A stretch of DNA of 64,000 nucleotides from Candidatus Kerfeldbacteria bacterium (GTDB lineage Bacteria; Patescibacteriota; Patescibacteriia; SBBC01; CAIJZX01): positions 1,655-65,654 of the forward strand of contig CAIJZX010000014.1 in assembly GCA_903825245.1 (NCBI GenBank), in the 5' to 3' direction. The notes beneath the pieces are model-generated. The model was given only the letters and a program-made list of their open reading frames with translations, searched no databases and was not told the origin of the DNA. Positions within the stretch are counted from its first letter, which is position 1. Each line of letters begins with the position of its first letter. The translations under genes and the position numbers were made by a program. This document shows, piece by piece, positions 34,746 through 43,800 of the stretch.

Positions 34746-35105
34746 ATGACCAATCTGGCTTTGGCTGTCACTGTTATTGGCGCCGCCGCTGTCATCGTGG
34801 TTGTCTGGCGCTTCATGCGTCACAAGTTCCGCAACGACGAGATCGCTGTTCCGGACGAACCCACGCCGCCGCAACCGGTCTATAACGATAGGCCCGTGAT
34901 CGAGGCTGAAGAAATCGGTCACGGCGTTTACGAGATCGGGTTCTACGGACGCTTCGATGGGGTCCTGATGGACGTCTTTCCGGAATCCCTCGCCGCCTTC
35001 GTCAAGCAGCACCCCGAGTTGCGGATCATCAGCGTCTGCACCGGACGTGAATCCAGTTACAATGGCTTCACTTCCAGTATGGTTGTGTTGACCGAACTGC
35101 GTTAA
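34746..35105 (+). CDS. Island ORF F: 119-aa protein with an N-terminal TM anchor and a small soluble domain
   Basis: GGAGGA 4 nt before the ATG. MTNLALAVTVIGAAAVIVVVWRFMRHKF... followed by a ~85-aa domain. Confidence 0.55.
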   Translation: MTNLALAVTVIGAAAVIVVVWRFMRHKFRNDEIAVPDEPTPPQPVYNDRPVIEAEEIGHGVYEIGFYGRFDGVLMDVFPESLAAFVKQHPELRIISVCTGRESSYNGFTSSMVVLTELR

Positions 35106-35165
35106 GCACCTTCAACTCGAGCCACCCGGCTCATTGAGAGGATGGATAGCCACATCGTCCTCCTT

Positions 35166-35208
35166 TCACTCGAGTATTGCAAGCAATTGAAATATTCAAG
35201 CGAAACAC
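35166..35208 (+). repeat. Type-2 leader hairpin, copy 2 (a diverged copy: TCACTCGAG...TTCAAGCGAAACAC)
   Basis: It shares TCACTCGAG and the CAAG(T/C)GA(G/A)AAAC tail. A further partial CAACTCGAG...CTCATTGAG lies at 35111-35140. Confidence 0.5.
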
Positions 35209-35250
35209 AGAAAATAGAAACTGCTCTTCACAACACTAGGAGGTTCAAGG

Positions 35251-35484
35251 ATGGACATTCCTGCGTTTCACAGCGTTACGGCTCACAAAGAACATGAATG
35301 TTGTGAATGCCACGAGCGGATTCTTCCGAAGGAGAGGTGCTGGATTCAGTACTGGCCGGATGCTCGTCAGCGTCGGTGGAAGAATGTTTTTACCTGCTCT
35401 CACTGTCGTCCGCAACACGAAGTACCGGCACAGCCTACGCCGGCACCTCAGCCGATCAAGTCTCAGCAGTTGTTGCTTCTGTAG
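35251..35484 (+). CDS. Island ORF G: Cys-rich 77-aa protein (HECCECHERILPKERCW...CSHCRPQH), a zinc-ribbon-like product
   Basis: TAGGAGG 7 nt before the ATG. Two CxxC-like clusters lie about 30 residues apart, followed by a Pro/Gln-rich tail. Confidence 0.55.
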   Translation: MDIPAFHSVTAHKEHECCECHERILPKERCWIQYWPDARQRRWKNVFTCSHCRPQHEVPAQPTPAPQPIKSQQLLLL

Positions 35485-35508
35485 CCCACCTCAACAAGGA
35501 GCTCCAAA

Positions 35509-35967
35509 ATGGAATTCGTCGGGAAGAAGTTCGTGTTGTGGCCATACATGCCGGACATGCCCAGCGTGCAGTATCGCGACCAGCATGGCATTCTCCATTG
35601 GGGTCGACGCATCGAGAGAGAAATCGTCGTCACAATCGAAAATGAATCGACAAATGCGTCAGGACACGGCACCGACCTCGTCGCTCGTGACAAGGACGGC
35701 ATGCTGTATCAGTCGACCTGGGACGAGAGCAATTCCCGTCCCTACCGCGTCTGGTGGTACGTCGAGGGCGGCCGTGTGATCCTGCTCACGAATGCGATCA
35801 ATCTCTACAACGAACGTCCGACCGCATTCATCCGTCCCGATGGCACCCGCGCTGTCCCGGCAATCGCCACGGTCTGCGCCAAACATGACGAGGTATGCTT
35901 GTCGAATGGCGAATGCCCCATGTGCATGATGGAGAAGCATCGCGCCAAGCTGCAAGGTTCCGTCTAG
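35509..35967 (+). CDS. Island ORF H: hypothetical 152-aa protein with a C-terminal Cys cluster (CAKHDEVCLSNGECPMC)
   Basis: AAGGAG 7 nt before the ATG. It lies 24 nt after ORF G and is probably co-transcribed with it. The competing ORFs at 35294..35779 and 35307..35645 lack an RBS. Confidence 0.55.
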   Translation: MEFVGKKFVLWPYMPDMPSVQYRDQHGILHWGRRIEREIVVTIENESTNASGHGTDLVARDKDGMLYQSTWDESNSRPYRVWWYVEGGRVILLTNAINLYNERPTAFIRPDGTRAVPAIATVCAKHDEVCLSNGECPMCMMEKHRAKLQGSV

Positions 35968-36037
35968 ACCTCCTAGCTGTTCTCGCCTGCCGCGCAATTC
36001 TACGTTCACTTCGGTGGATATGGATTGCGCGGCGGGC

Positions 36038-36084
36038 TCTCACTCGAGCGTTTCACAACCGTGGAACGTTCAAGTGAGAAAACG
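36038..36084 (+). repeat. Type-2 leader hairpin, copy 3 (CTCTCACTCGAGCGTT...AACGTTCAAGTGAGAAAACG)
   Basis: A 14-nt stem with one mismatch and one G-U pair, followed by GTCACAAT as in copy 1. Confidence 0.65.
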
Positions 36085-36141
36085 AAAAGAAATACTGTTC
36101 TGTCACAATTCATCGCTTTACGCGAAGAGAGGAGCAGCATA

Positions 36142-36570
36142 ATGAGTTTGCTTGCGGCTTGTTTGTTGATCGCGGCCGTAGTGTTCCTGGTGGTAGCCAT
36201 TTTTCAGGATCGGGCGCGGTTTCGTGAGTTGGAAAAAAGGAGGAATCTGGAGCGGTGCGAATCACGGCACGCGCAAAACTTCCTCGAGCTGGAGATCAAG
36301 ATCCTCCGATATGTTCATGGCCACAAGCGCCTGCCCAAGAACATGGACCTTGTGCGCGGCATGAATATGAACCCGGATTATACCAACCCCTTCAGCGGAA
36401 ATCCGGCCAATGTCAATGACGTGACCGGGCTGGAGGAGATGCGAATCATCCTGCCCCATGATCTGACGTTCGAGATCTTGGCTCCGGAAGGTCCCGGATC
36501 GGAACGATGTGTCATCGCCCTGAATGATGCAAACGGCCAAGTGATGTGTCGGAGGACCATTTACGCGTAA
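36142..36570 (+). CDS. Island ORF: 142-aa protein with an N-terminal signal/anchor (MSLLAACLLIAAVVFLVVAIF) and a soluble domain
   Basis: GAGGAG 8 nt before the ATG. The longest ORF (36025) would begin inside the leader hairpin. Confidence 0.5.
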   Translation: MSLLAACLLIAAVVFLVVAIFQDRARFRELEKRRNLERCESRHAQNFLELEIKILRYVHGHKRLPKNMDLVRGMNMNPDYTNPFSGNPANVNDVTGLEEMRIILPHDLTFEILAPEGPGSERCVIALNDANGQVMCRRTIYA

Positions 36571-36636
36571 ACCGAGATCACAACCAACTGGTTTTCGAGA
36601 GATTTTCCCTGGCTCACGCCAAAAATAATCTCTCAG

Positions 36637-36697
36637 TTTCACTCGAGCGTTTCAGCGCCGCCTGCTCGCGGAACTGGAGCGCTCAAGTGAGAAAAGA
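36637..36697 (+). repeat. Type-2 leader hairpin, copy 4 (TTTCACTCGAGCG ...33-nt loop... CGCTCAAGTGAGAAAAG)
   Basis: The stem CACTCGAGCG/CGCTCAAGTG has one G-U pair, and the GAGAAAA tail is the same as in the other copies. Confidence 0.65.
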
Positions 36698-36737
36698 AAA
36701 TTGTAAAAACCGTTCATTCCAACTGAAGGAGAGTGCT

Positions 36738-37421
36738 ATGTCCACTTGTGCGCAGGAGGAATTCCTAGCCACACACGTCACATGTCGACCATATCGAGTG
36801 TCTGATCGGCGGGAAATTCGTCAGCTGATGTGTAATACCGCAATTATGGGCAATCCGATCGACCTGCAATGCACCGATCGCGAGCTCATTGCCGATTTGT
36901 TCACCCGGTACTACACCGACGTCACGCCGGGATGGATCTGGGTGCTCGAATTTCGCGGACGCCTCGTCGGTTACCTGATGGGTTGTCCGGACACGAAGCT
37001 GTTCCAGAAGTATATGGACGACGTCTACCCCAGTATCCTGCTCGGCGTCCTGCGTCGCGGATCGCTCTTCCGTTCCGGTTCAGCCGGCTTTCTGTGGCGG
37101 ACAATCGGAGACATTCTCGGAAAGGTACTTCGTCGCGAACCGCTCGAGTATTACAATCCGGCGTTTCCGGCTCACGCTCACCTGAATGTTTTGCCCGAAG
37201 GTCGTTCATCTACGTACCAGCTCGCTGCCCGATTTCTGAAGCAGCTCAGACAGCATAATGTGCCTGGGATCATGGTTGAAATCTGGGCCGAGAATGCCCA
37301 CATGGCCACCCTGCTGGAACACCATCGTTTTCAGAAGGTCCATTCCACCACCATGCCCGGCATGCGTCAGTCGAACGGTTATCCGTACCATGTCGCCACC
37401 TACGTCCGATCGCTGTTGTAG
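36738..37421 (+). CDS. Island ORF: GNAT-family N-acetyltransferase-like protein (227 aa)
   Basis: AAGGAG 7 nt before the ATG. A GNAT-like central and C-terminal region (GRLVGYLMG...NVLPEGRSSTYQLAARFLKQLRQHNVPGIMVEIWAENAHMATLLEHHRFQKV). The assignment is by motif resemblance only. Confidence 0.45.
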   Translation: MSTCAQEEFLATHVTCRPYRVSDRREIRQLMCNTAIMGNPIDLQCTDRELIADLFTRYYTDVTPGWIWVLEFRGRLVGYLMGCPDTKLFQKYMDDVYPSILLGVLRRGSLFRSGSAGFLWRTIGDILGKVLRREPLEYYNPAFPAHAHLNVLPEGRSSTYQLAARFLKQLRQHNVPGIMVEIWAENAHMATLLEHHRFQKVHSTTMPGMRQSNGYPYHVATYVRSLL

Positions 37422-37448
37422 CCTCACCCCTCACACAAGGAGCCGCAC

Positions 37449-37730
37449 GTGATCCAGTGGATGCTGTTGCTGGTAATTCTGGCTATGTTCTTCTCGCTCA
37501 TCAACAGCCGCGACAAAGGGTTGGACCAGATCATTTCCGGCTGGGTCATCTGGACTGGCTGGCTGTGGATTCTCATTCCCGGCGCCATGTTCGGCAACGA
37601 GATTCTCCGTTCGATCGGTGCACCGAATATCCGGATCTTCCAGTCCGGGTCGTGGCAGCCGCTCGGTCCGATGGTTCTCGGCGCGATCCTGCTCTTTTCC
37701 TGGCATCGCCGCCAGGCCAAACACAACTAA
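37449..37730 (+). CDS. Island ORF: 93-aa multi-TM membrane protein (GTG start)
   Basis: AAGGAG 6 nt before the GTG. Three hydrophobic helices (MIQWMLLLVILAMFFSLI..., WVIWTGWLWILIPGAMF, LGPMVLGAILLFSW). It is followed immediately by a strong terminator. Confidence 0.55.
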   Translation: MIQWMLLLVILAMFFSLINSRDKGLDQIISGWVIWTGWLWILIPGAMFGNEILRSIGAPNIRIFQSGSWQPLGPMVLGAILLFSWHRRQAKHN

Positions 37731-37750
37731 CCTTCGGGTTAGTTTTTTTT
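37727..37750 (+). terminator. Rho-independent terminator CTAACC-TTCG-GGTTAG followed by T8 at the end of the island; it overlaps the stop of the convergent RodZ-like gene
   Basis: A 6-bp stem with a TTCG tetraloop and eight T residues on the + strand. Confidence 0.6.
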
Positions 37751-38411
37751 ATTCCACGAGCACTTGCCGTATCACAACTCGAGCTGAACTGTGTTTCTTT
37801 ATTGCAGAAATTTTCAATGTATTAAGTCCGGTGTGTAGGTCAATCGTCAAAGTAAATGAACCAGCTGTCGTTTGCACTGCTTCGTCGTTTATTGTAACGG
37901 TCGCATTAGGGTCGGTTTTTCCGGTAATAGTCATTGTTGTTTGCTTCGTAGCAATATCGCGACTTGGTTGTGTGATGAGCAATTGTGGTGGAAGAAAGTT
38001 TTGTATTACTTGCAAGCCGATATAGGCGAACACCGCAACCAGTATTATTCCAGCCGCAATAAAACGAATGTATTTCCGTCCCCAAGAAAAATCGGTATTC
38101 GCACGAGGTGTGAGTAGTGGCCGTGAGGCTGGTCCAGTTTTTGTGACCACGGCATATTCTTGCTCAAAAATGCCGATCGCCATCGCCACATCGGTTTCTA
38201 ATAATTCAGCATAACGACGAACGAATTGTTTGGCATATACCTGGCCAGGCAAATCACGATACCGCGAGGATTCAATCGCCACTAAATACTTCGGCGAGAT
38301 GTGTAATCGCGAAGCAACATCCTCAATCGTCAATCGGCTTTCGTTTCGAAGTGTTTGGAGGCGATCACCGAGCGTCGCCCCATCAACTAGCGGCCGCTTC
38401 GAGAAGGTCAT
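37749..38411 (-). CDS. RodZ-like XRE-family helix-turn-helix membrane protein
   Basis: An N-terminal HTH (LGDRLQTLRNESRLTIEDVASRLHISPKYLVAIE), a single TM helix (IRFIAAGIILVAVFAYIGL) and a C-terminal beta-rich domain. It overlaps the ftsK stop by 4 nt. Confidence 0.7.
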   Translation of the reverse strand: MTFSKRPLVDGATLGDRLQTLRNESRLTIEDVASRLHISPKYLVAIESSRYRDLPGQVYAKQFVRRYAELLETDVAMAIGIFEQEYAVVTKTGPASRPLLTPRANTDFSWGRKYIRFIAAGIILVAVFAYIGLQVIQNFLPPQLLITQPSRDIATKQTTMTITGKTDPNATVTINDEAVQTTAGSFTLTIDLHTGLNTLKISAIKKHSSARVVIRQVLVE

Positions 38412-40768
38412 CCCGTTACGTCGTTGTTATCTTCACTCGGCTCCTCAATAACTTCTTCCGGTTGCGTAGGCGGCACATCATCATCGATTGGCAAATCACG
38501 CGGATCAACCGGCACCCCGGCAGCTGCAGACGTAGAATTAGAACCTGCGTCACGCTCAGTTGAACCTGCGATGGAATCTGTTGAGCCATAAATTTCTCGC
38601 GGTTTTGCGCCCATGCCCGGACCGATAAATCCTTGCTGCTCGAGAAGATCCATAATACGCGCAGCACGCGCATACCCAAGACGTAAATGGCGTTGCAAGA
38701 GCGTCGTCGAGGCTTTTCCGGTTTGCAGAATAATATCTCGCGCCTGACCAAGAAGCTCATCATCACCTAGGTCTTCCAGGCTACCGCCGATTTGTGGCGC
38801 TGGCTTATCGACAATGTCGGTCATGTAATCCGGCTTACCGCGTTGCTTGAGGTATTGCGTGACGCGTTCGACTTCTTTTTCCGAAACGTAGGCACCCTGA
38901 AGTCGCTTTGGTTTTGAGAGTTCAGCTGACATGTAGAGCATGTCACCCTTACCAAGGAGTTTTTCCGCACCCGAGGTATCAAGAATAGTGCGCGAATCAA
39001 TTTGCGAAGCCACACTGAAAGCTGCACGAGCCGTCACGTTAGCTTTTATTAAACCAGTGATGACGTCAACTGATGGTCGTTGGGTCGCTAAGACCAAGTG
39101 AATGCCGACCGCGCGAGCCATTTGCGCTAAACGAACAATCGCCGCTTCAACTTCCTTCGCCGCCACGGTCATTAAATCAGCTAACTCATCAATAATAACC
39201 ACGATGTATGGCATATCGTCGCTCACTTCTTTGCGGTACGAAGAAATATTCCGCTTCCCAGCATTCTGTAATACTTGATAGCGTCGATCCATTTCCGATA
39301 CGACCCAGCGCAAGGCGTTAATGGTCTTCGTGGTGTCGGTAATAACTGGCGTTAGCAAGTGCGGAATATCGTTGTACAGCGATAATTCGACACGCTTCGG
39401 GTCGACAAGAATCAGCTTTAAATCATCCGGCGAATTACTAAAGAGCAAGCTTAAAATTAAACTATTAATTTGCACCGATTTTCCTGAACCGGTTGCACCG
39501 GCGATCAATAAGTGCGGCAACGGTTCGAGATTGGCGACCCATGGTGCACCGGACACATCTTTACCAAGACTGAAGCTCAAATCCGATTTGCGCATGCGGA
39601 ACGCATCGGATGACAAAATCTCGCGGAGATTGACAATAGCCACGCTCTGGTTCGGCACTTCAATACCGACCAGTGACTTGCCCGGAATTGGCGCCTCAAT
39701 ACGAATTGGGTGCGCTGCTAGCGCCAAGGCTAAGTCGTTACTCAGTGAAGCAATTTGTGCTAGACGCACGCCCTCAGCTGGTTTCAGTGTGAACTGCGTA
39801 ACCGTTGGACCAACGTTGACGTCGCCCATTTCAACCGAGATACCAAAAGTTTCTAGCGCCCGTCTGATTTTTTCTTTATTGGCCTCGATGTTACCGCTCG
39901 TTGGTTTGCCGCCCGAAAGATCAAGTAAATCAAATGGGATAACGATGTGCCGTTTCTCCCTCTTCGGTTTCGGCGGTAATGGAACCATTTCTTCTTCGAC
40001 GTGTTCACCGCTAGCGCTTTCCGTTTTTACATCGGAAATTTCCTGTTTGGTAAATTCTGGATCTTGTGCGCCGTTAGCGTCATCAATCACGTCTTGGTCG
40101 TTCGCGTCATGAGCGAGTTTTCGCTGCCACCATCGATTGCGCATCCAAGCCATAAACCACGCCGGGAGATTTGCTTGTTGGCCAAGCCCCTTGAGCGATG
40201 TATTAAACATGATGAGTAAGCCGATCAAGAACAAACCAACCATAATCACGCCGGCGGCAGCCGCGCCAAGGCCCTGGCGCAATGGGTAATCCATCAACAC
40301 GCCGAGATACCCGCCGCCATCGCCGTTGATTGCTCGCGCGACTGAATCGCCGATCGGTAAGAATAACTGCATAATCCCGGCGAGGCTGAATACCGAAATA
40401 CCAAAGCCGATCCACTGCGCGATGGTGATGTGGAATTTTTCCGGAAACAGCAGGTAAATACCGATGACGGCGAGGTAAACCCACAGCACATACCGCTGCC
40501 AGCCGACTAAGGTGCCGAGTCCCCGACCGAGCGCGCCGCCGCCGGTACTAGCGTGGTTAAAGACGCTCAATCCGATAACCGCCGCGGCCAAAAAAAGAAT
40601 GACGATCGTAATCGCCCGACGTGTTTCTGGGGTAAGTTTCGGCATCGGCAATTCAGCTGGTGCGCGCCGTTCCGATTTCTCGTTGCCCCTGGCGCGTGAA
40701 CGCCTGCTGGATCGTGTCGACTGAGCCATAGAAGTGCTAACTATAGCATAAATGCGAAGGTTCGACAA
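38408..40768 (-). CDS. ftsK: DNA translocase FtsK/SpoIIIE
   Basis: N-terminal TM helices, a Pro/charged linker, a motor domain with Walker A GATGSGKSV, and a C-terminal gamma (winged-helix) domain. Confidence 0.9.
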   Translation of the reverse strand: MSNLRIYAIVSTSMAQSTRSSRRSRARGNEKSERRAPAELPMPKLTPETRRAITIVILFLAAAVIGLSVFNHASTGGGALGRGLGTLVGWQRYVLWVYLAVIGIYLLFPEKFHITIAQWIGFGISVFSLAGIMQLFLPIGDSVARAINGDGGGYLGVLMDYPLRQGLGAAAAGVIMVGLFLIGLLIMFNTSLKGLGQQANLPAWFMAWMRNRWWQRKLAHDANDQDVIDDANGAQDPEFTKQEISDVKTESASGEHVEEEMVPLPPKPKREKRHIVIPFDLLDLSGGKPTSGNIEANKEKIRRALETFGISVEMGDVNVGPTVTQFTLKPAEGVRLAQIASLSNDLALALAAHPIRIEAPIPGKSLVGIEVPNQSVAIVNLREILSSDAFRMRKSDLSFSLGKDVSGAPWVANLEPLPHLLIAGATGSGKSVQINSLILSLLFSNSPDDLKLILVDPKRVELSLYNDIPHLLTPVITDTTKTINALRWVVSEMDRRYQVLQNAGKRNISSYRKEVSDDMPYIVVIIDELADLMTVAAKEVEAAIVRLAQMARAVGIHLVLATQRPSVDVITGLIKANVTARAAFSVASQIDSRTILDTSGAEKLLGKGDMLYMSAELSKPKRLQGAYVSEKEVERVTQYLKQRGKPDYMTDIVDKPAPQIGGSLEDLGDDELLGQARDIILQTGKASTTLLQRHLRLGYARAARIMDLLEQQGFIGPGMGAKPREIYGSTDSIAGSTERDAGSNSTSAAAGVPVDPRDLPIDDDVPPTQPEEVIEEPSEDNNDVTG

Positions 40769-40804
40769 CTTCCCGTTAACATACGAACTCTAACCTTATT
40801 TTCC

Positions 40805-43800
40805 TTAATTCACCCAGAAATGCACCACTGGACTCAGCGTCGTATTTCCCGCATAGTCGTATGCTTCTACTTGTAGCGTATGCGATGAGCCCGGGGCAAA
40901 GGCGTTCGTATAAGTTAACTGTAATGTATAAGGTGCGCCAACGTATGTGAAGGGACAGTAGTGAATACTTGGTAACGTACAATCGAAGTAGAACCGCGAA
41001 CTCGCAACACCAACGTTATCTGTGATATTTGCCTTGAATACCGATGGATACGCCGTCGGATTCCCATCCTTGGGAGAGATAATGCTCACTACGGGTGGCG
41101 TTGTGTCTGTTCCACCAAACACCGTAAATGAAACTGAGGCCGAACTTGTTTTTAATCCAGAATTACTTACCGCCACGGCATATCCGGATAGATTAGTCGG
41201 GGTAAGGTAATGTGATACATCAAAAGCCGCAGCATATGGCGCTGTCGTATCGGTTGCGAACGGCGTTGTTTGTCCTTGAAGGTAGAATTCAACTTGCTTA
41301 ATGCCGTCGGGTACACTCGCTGAAGCGGAGAAGTTAAGTACGCCAGCGTAGGGTTGTCCAGCCAGGGGCGATGTAAGGGCAACGGTAGGTGGCGGAAGTG
41401 GGGCCGCGGTGATGTTAACAGTAAGCGACTGACTTTGTTGTCCTCCATCAGTAGCCCAAATCGTTGCGGACTTTGTCTTCCCAAGATCTGCGGCGGTCGG
41501 CGTCCACGTCAAGGTAGCGCTCGTCGAATTAAAGGTTACCCCGGATGGTAAAGCGGTTGCCACATATGTCACGGCAGTTCCATCCGGATCTGTTGCGTGG
41601 ACTTGAACAGAAAAAGGTATGCCGACGTATGCCGTCTGACTTGGTGTTGTATCGAAAACCGGTGGCGGGTTTGCCGATGGCGTGGTGAAGTTCATCACTT
41701 TCATATTTTGACACCAGTAGTTTGCTGTGCCATTACCGTAGCCTGTCCATATAGTCCCGTACATATTATACGTATATGTCGTGTTGGGAGCGACGAGAAA
41801 TGTCACCACCGGCGTCATACCAGAAAACGTTATGGCTGGATTGAGAAGTTGATCGCTGGAAGTTGTACATTTGCCATCGCTTGTACAAGAGCGGACACGA
41901 AAATGTTTTAATTTACCATTAACCGCCGAGTTGTTAATTTCAACTTGATGACCCTTCTCTTGATAAGATGCATGCTGTGTATAGCCATAATTTGTATCTA
42001 GACCATATTCAACTGTTGTATCTGAATTGATGTCGGTCGACCAATTCACCCGACCTTCATAACTAAGACCTGGCGCGGCAGGCATCCATGAAATACCCGA
42101 TATTACTGGAGCACCGAGAGTTGAGGATTCTGACTGAGAGTACCAAGGCAGTAAAACTGCATATCCCGTCGTTTGTTTCGCATCGCAAGACCATGCAACC
42201 GTCGCTTTGTCCCCTGTGAAGAATACTCGTGGAGCTGGCGGGCTTTGCATGCCGGGTGTAGTAATTTCCAAAATTGTACTTTGTGTGCACAATTGATTCT
42301 GAGCAGGTATTGTTGTGTTACAGGACATTATTCTAGTCAAATAGGTTGTACTCGGACTTACGGGAAGTATCATGGAATGGTGTGTTACCGCTCCGGCAGG
42401 ATCTGGGTAAGTATAAGTGCCCATCCCCGGAACCGTTAAATAACTAGTACCAACAGACGGAATATCTGTATCCCAACTCACTTGCACCGCATATGGCCAT
42501 TGGTCCAAAATAAGTTTTACGGCATAATTTGATAGTGCTGGAGGCGGAGGAAGCGCTGGGGTGGTTATTATTTGGTCACTCGTTGAGGAACAGGTTTTCG
42601 GACTACCAGTCGTACATGAGGTTAATTTATAGTGGTACGTGGTGCCGGGTTCTGTCGCGAAGTCCCACCTATGCGACGTCAGCGACTCACTAACATAATA
42701 CGTTGTGCCATACTCGGTTGTGGTTCCGAGGTCAATTTGTTTGTCGGCTGGCCTACTCGTTGTCCAAGTGACCCCTGAATAAGTAAGTGTTGTGTATGAG
42801 GTAATTGCAGAAATTGCCAAGGCTGACTGATTATTAAATGCGATTGGGATTGCCTTGGTGCTAGTGAGACCACCGGGGTCTACAACCATAAACTCCGGAG
42901 CATAAATACCGCTTGCTTGTGTCGCATCTGGCGTCCAGGAAAATGTTTTGTTCGTTGCATTATAGGTCGAGCCAACAGGTTTACTGCTTTCCACAACACT
43001 AATGGTTAAGTCCGAGGCAGCAGTGTTTGCGTCTGAAGCGGTAACGGTAAACGTCGCGGTACTGCCATAGTTTATTCGTGGCGGATCGACATGATTAATA
43101 TATGGCACGCCAAATTGGAGAACCGTAATAATCGGACTTGTGTTATCGGTTTCAAACGGTTCCGAATAACGGTTATCAGGGTCCATCACAATTTTTACAT
43201 GAGTTGGCATGGTTATTCCGGAAGGAACGGTAACAGTATCGACGAGTGAACCACCAGAACCGCCATTCAAGTAATACACAAATCCGTTGTACACCGTGGT
43301 GTTGGTATCTGTGTTGATAATACGATATGGCACATTCTTCGCGCTCGTCCAACCAGCATTATCGACCCACAAATCCAAACCGAGTTTATTGCTCCCTTTA
43401 TCCACCACGGGCTGGCTTCCCGCCATCGCAGCAAATGATGTAAACGAGAAATCTGGTCGACGGTCGAAGGCTTGTTTCACTGCTGCTTGGGCATTGACTA
43501 GGCCGTAGCCGGAATATTGGTTCCACGTTCCGGGGAAGTTTTGCAGCACACCGCTCTCGTCAGTCACATCATGCATTGTTGTGGCGGTTGTTTCCAAAAT
43601 TTGCTTTATATCGTATAGACTTAACGCCGGGTTGACGGATTTTATGAGACCAACGATACCGCTGACAATTGGCGCTGCAAAGCTTGTTCCTTCATCATAG
43701 AAAAAGTATTGATTGCTCCCAGTACCACTCAAGTTTTGCACCGCTCCGCAAGTATCATGATAATAGATTGGCTCAATACACTTTGTTACATCGTCAAGAA

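Noticed and set aside
35294-35779. 161-aa and 112-aa + ORFs overlapping island ORFs G and H in other frames, together with the - strand ORFs 35463..36043
   Set aside because: These arise from the high local GC and lack RBSs. The frames chosen (35251..35484 and 35509..35967) each have a GGAGG-type RBS at the correct spacing and are consecutive without overlap.
33203-36697. Integron attC sites as an explanation for the repeated inter-ORF elements
   Set aside because: No RYYYAAC inverse core next to the ORF stops and no GTTRRRY core at the 3' ends was found on either strand (GTTCAAC at the unit end fits RYYYAAC but is at the wrong end and has no partner core). No intI-like integrase lies in the window. 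The cassette-like organisation is noted, but it is not classified as an integron.
37431-37825. ORFs 37431..37724 (-), 37424..37726 (-) and 37457..37825 (+) overlapping the final island gene
   Set aside because: These are alternative frames of a GC-rich segment. Only 37449..37730 (+) has an RBS (AAGGAG, 6 nt), a TM-protein-like product and an immediate terminator.
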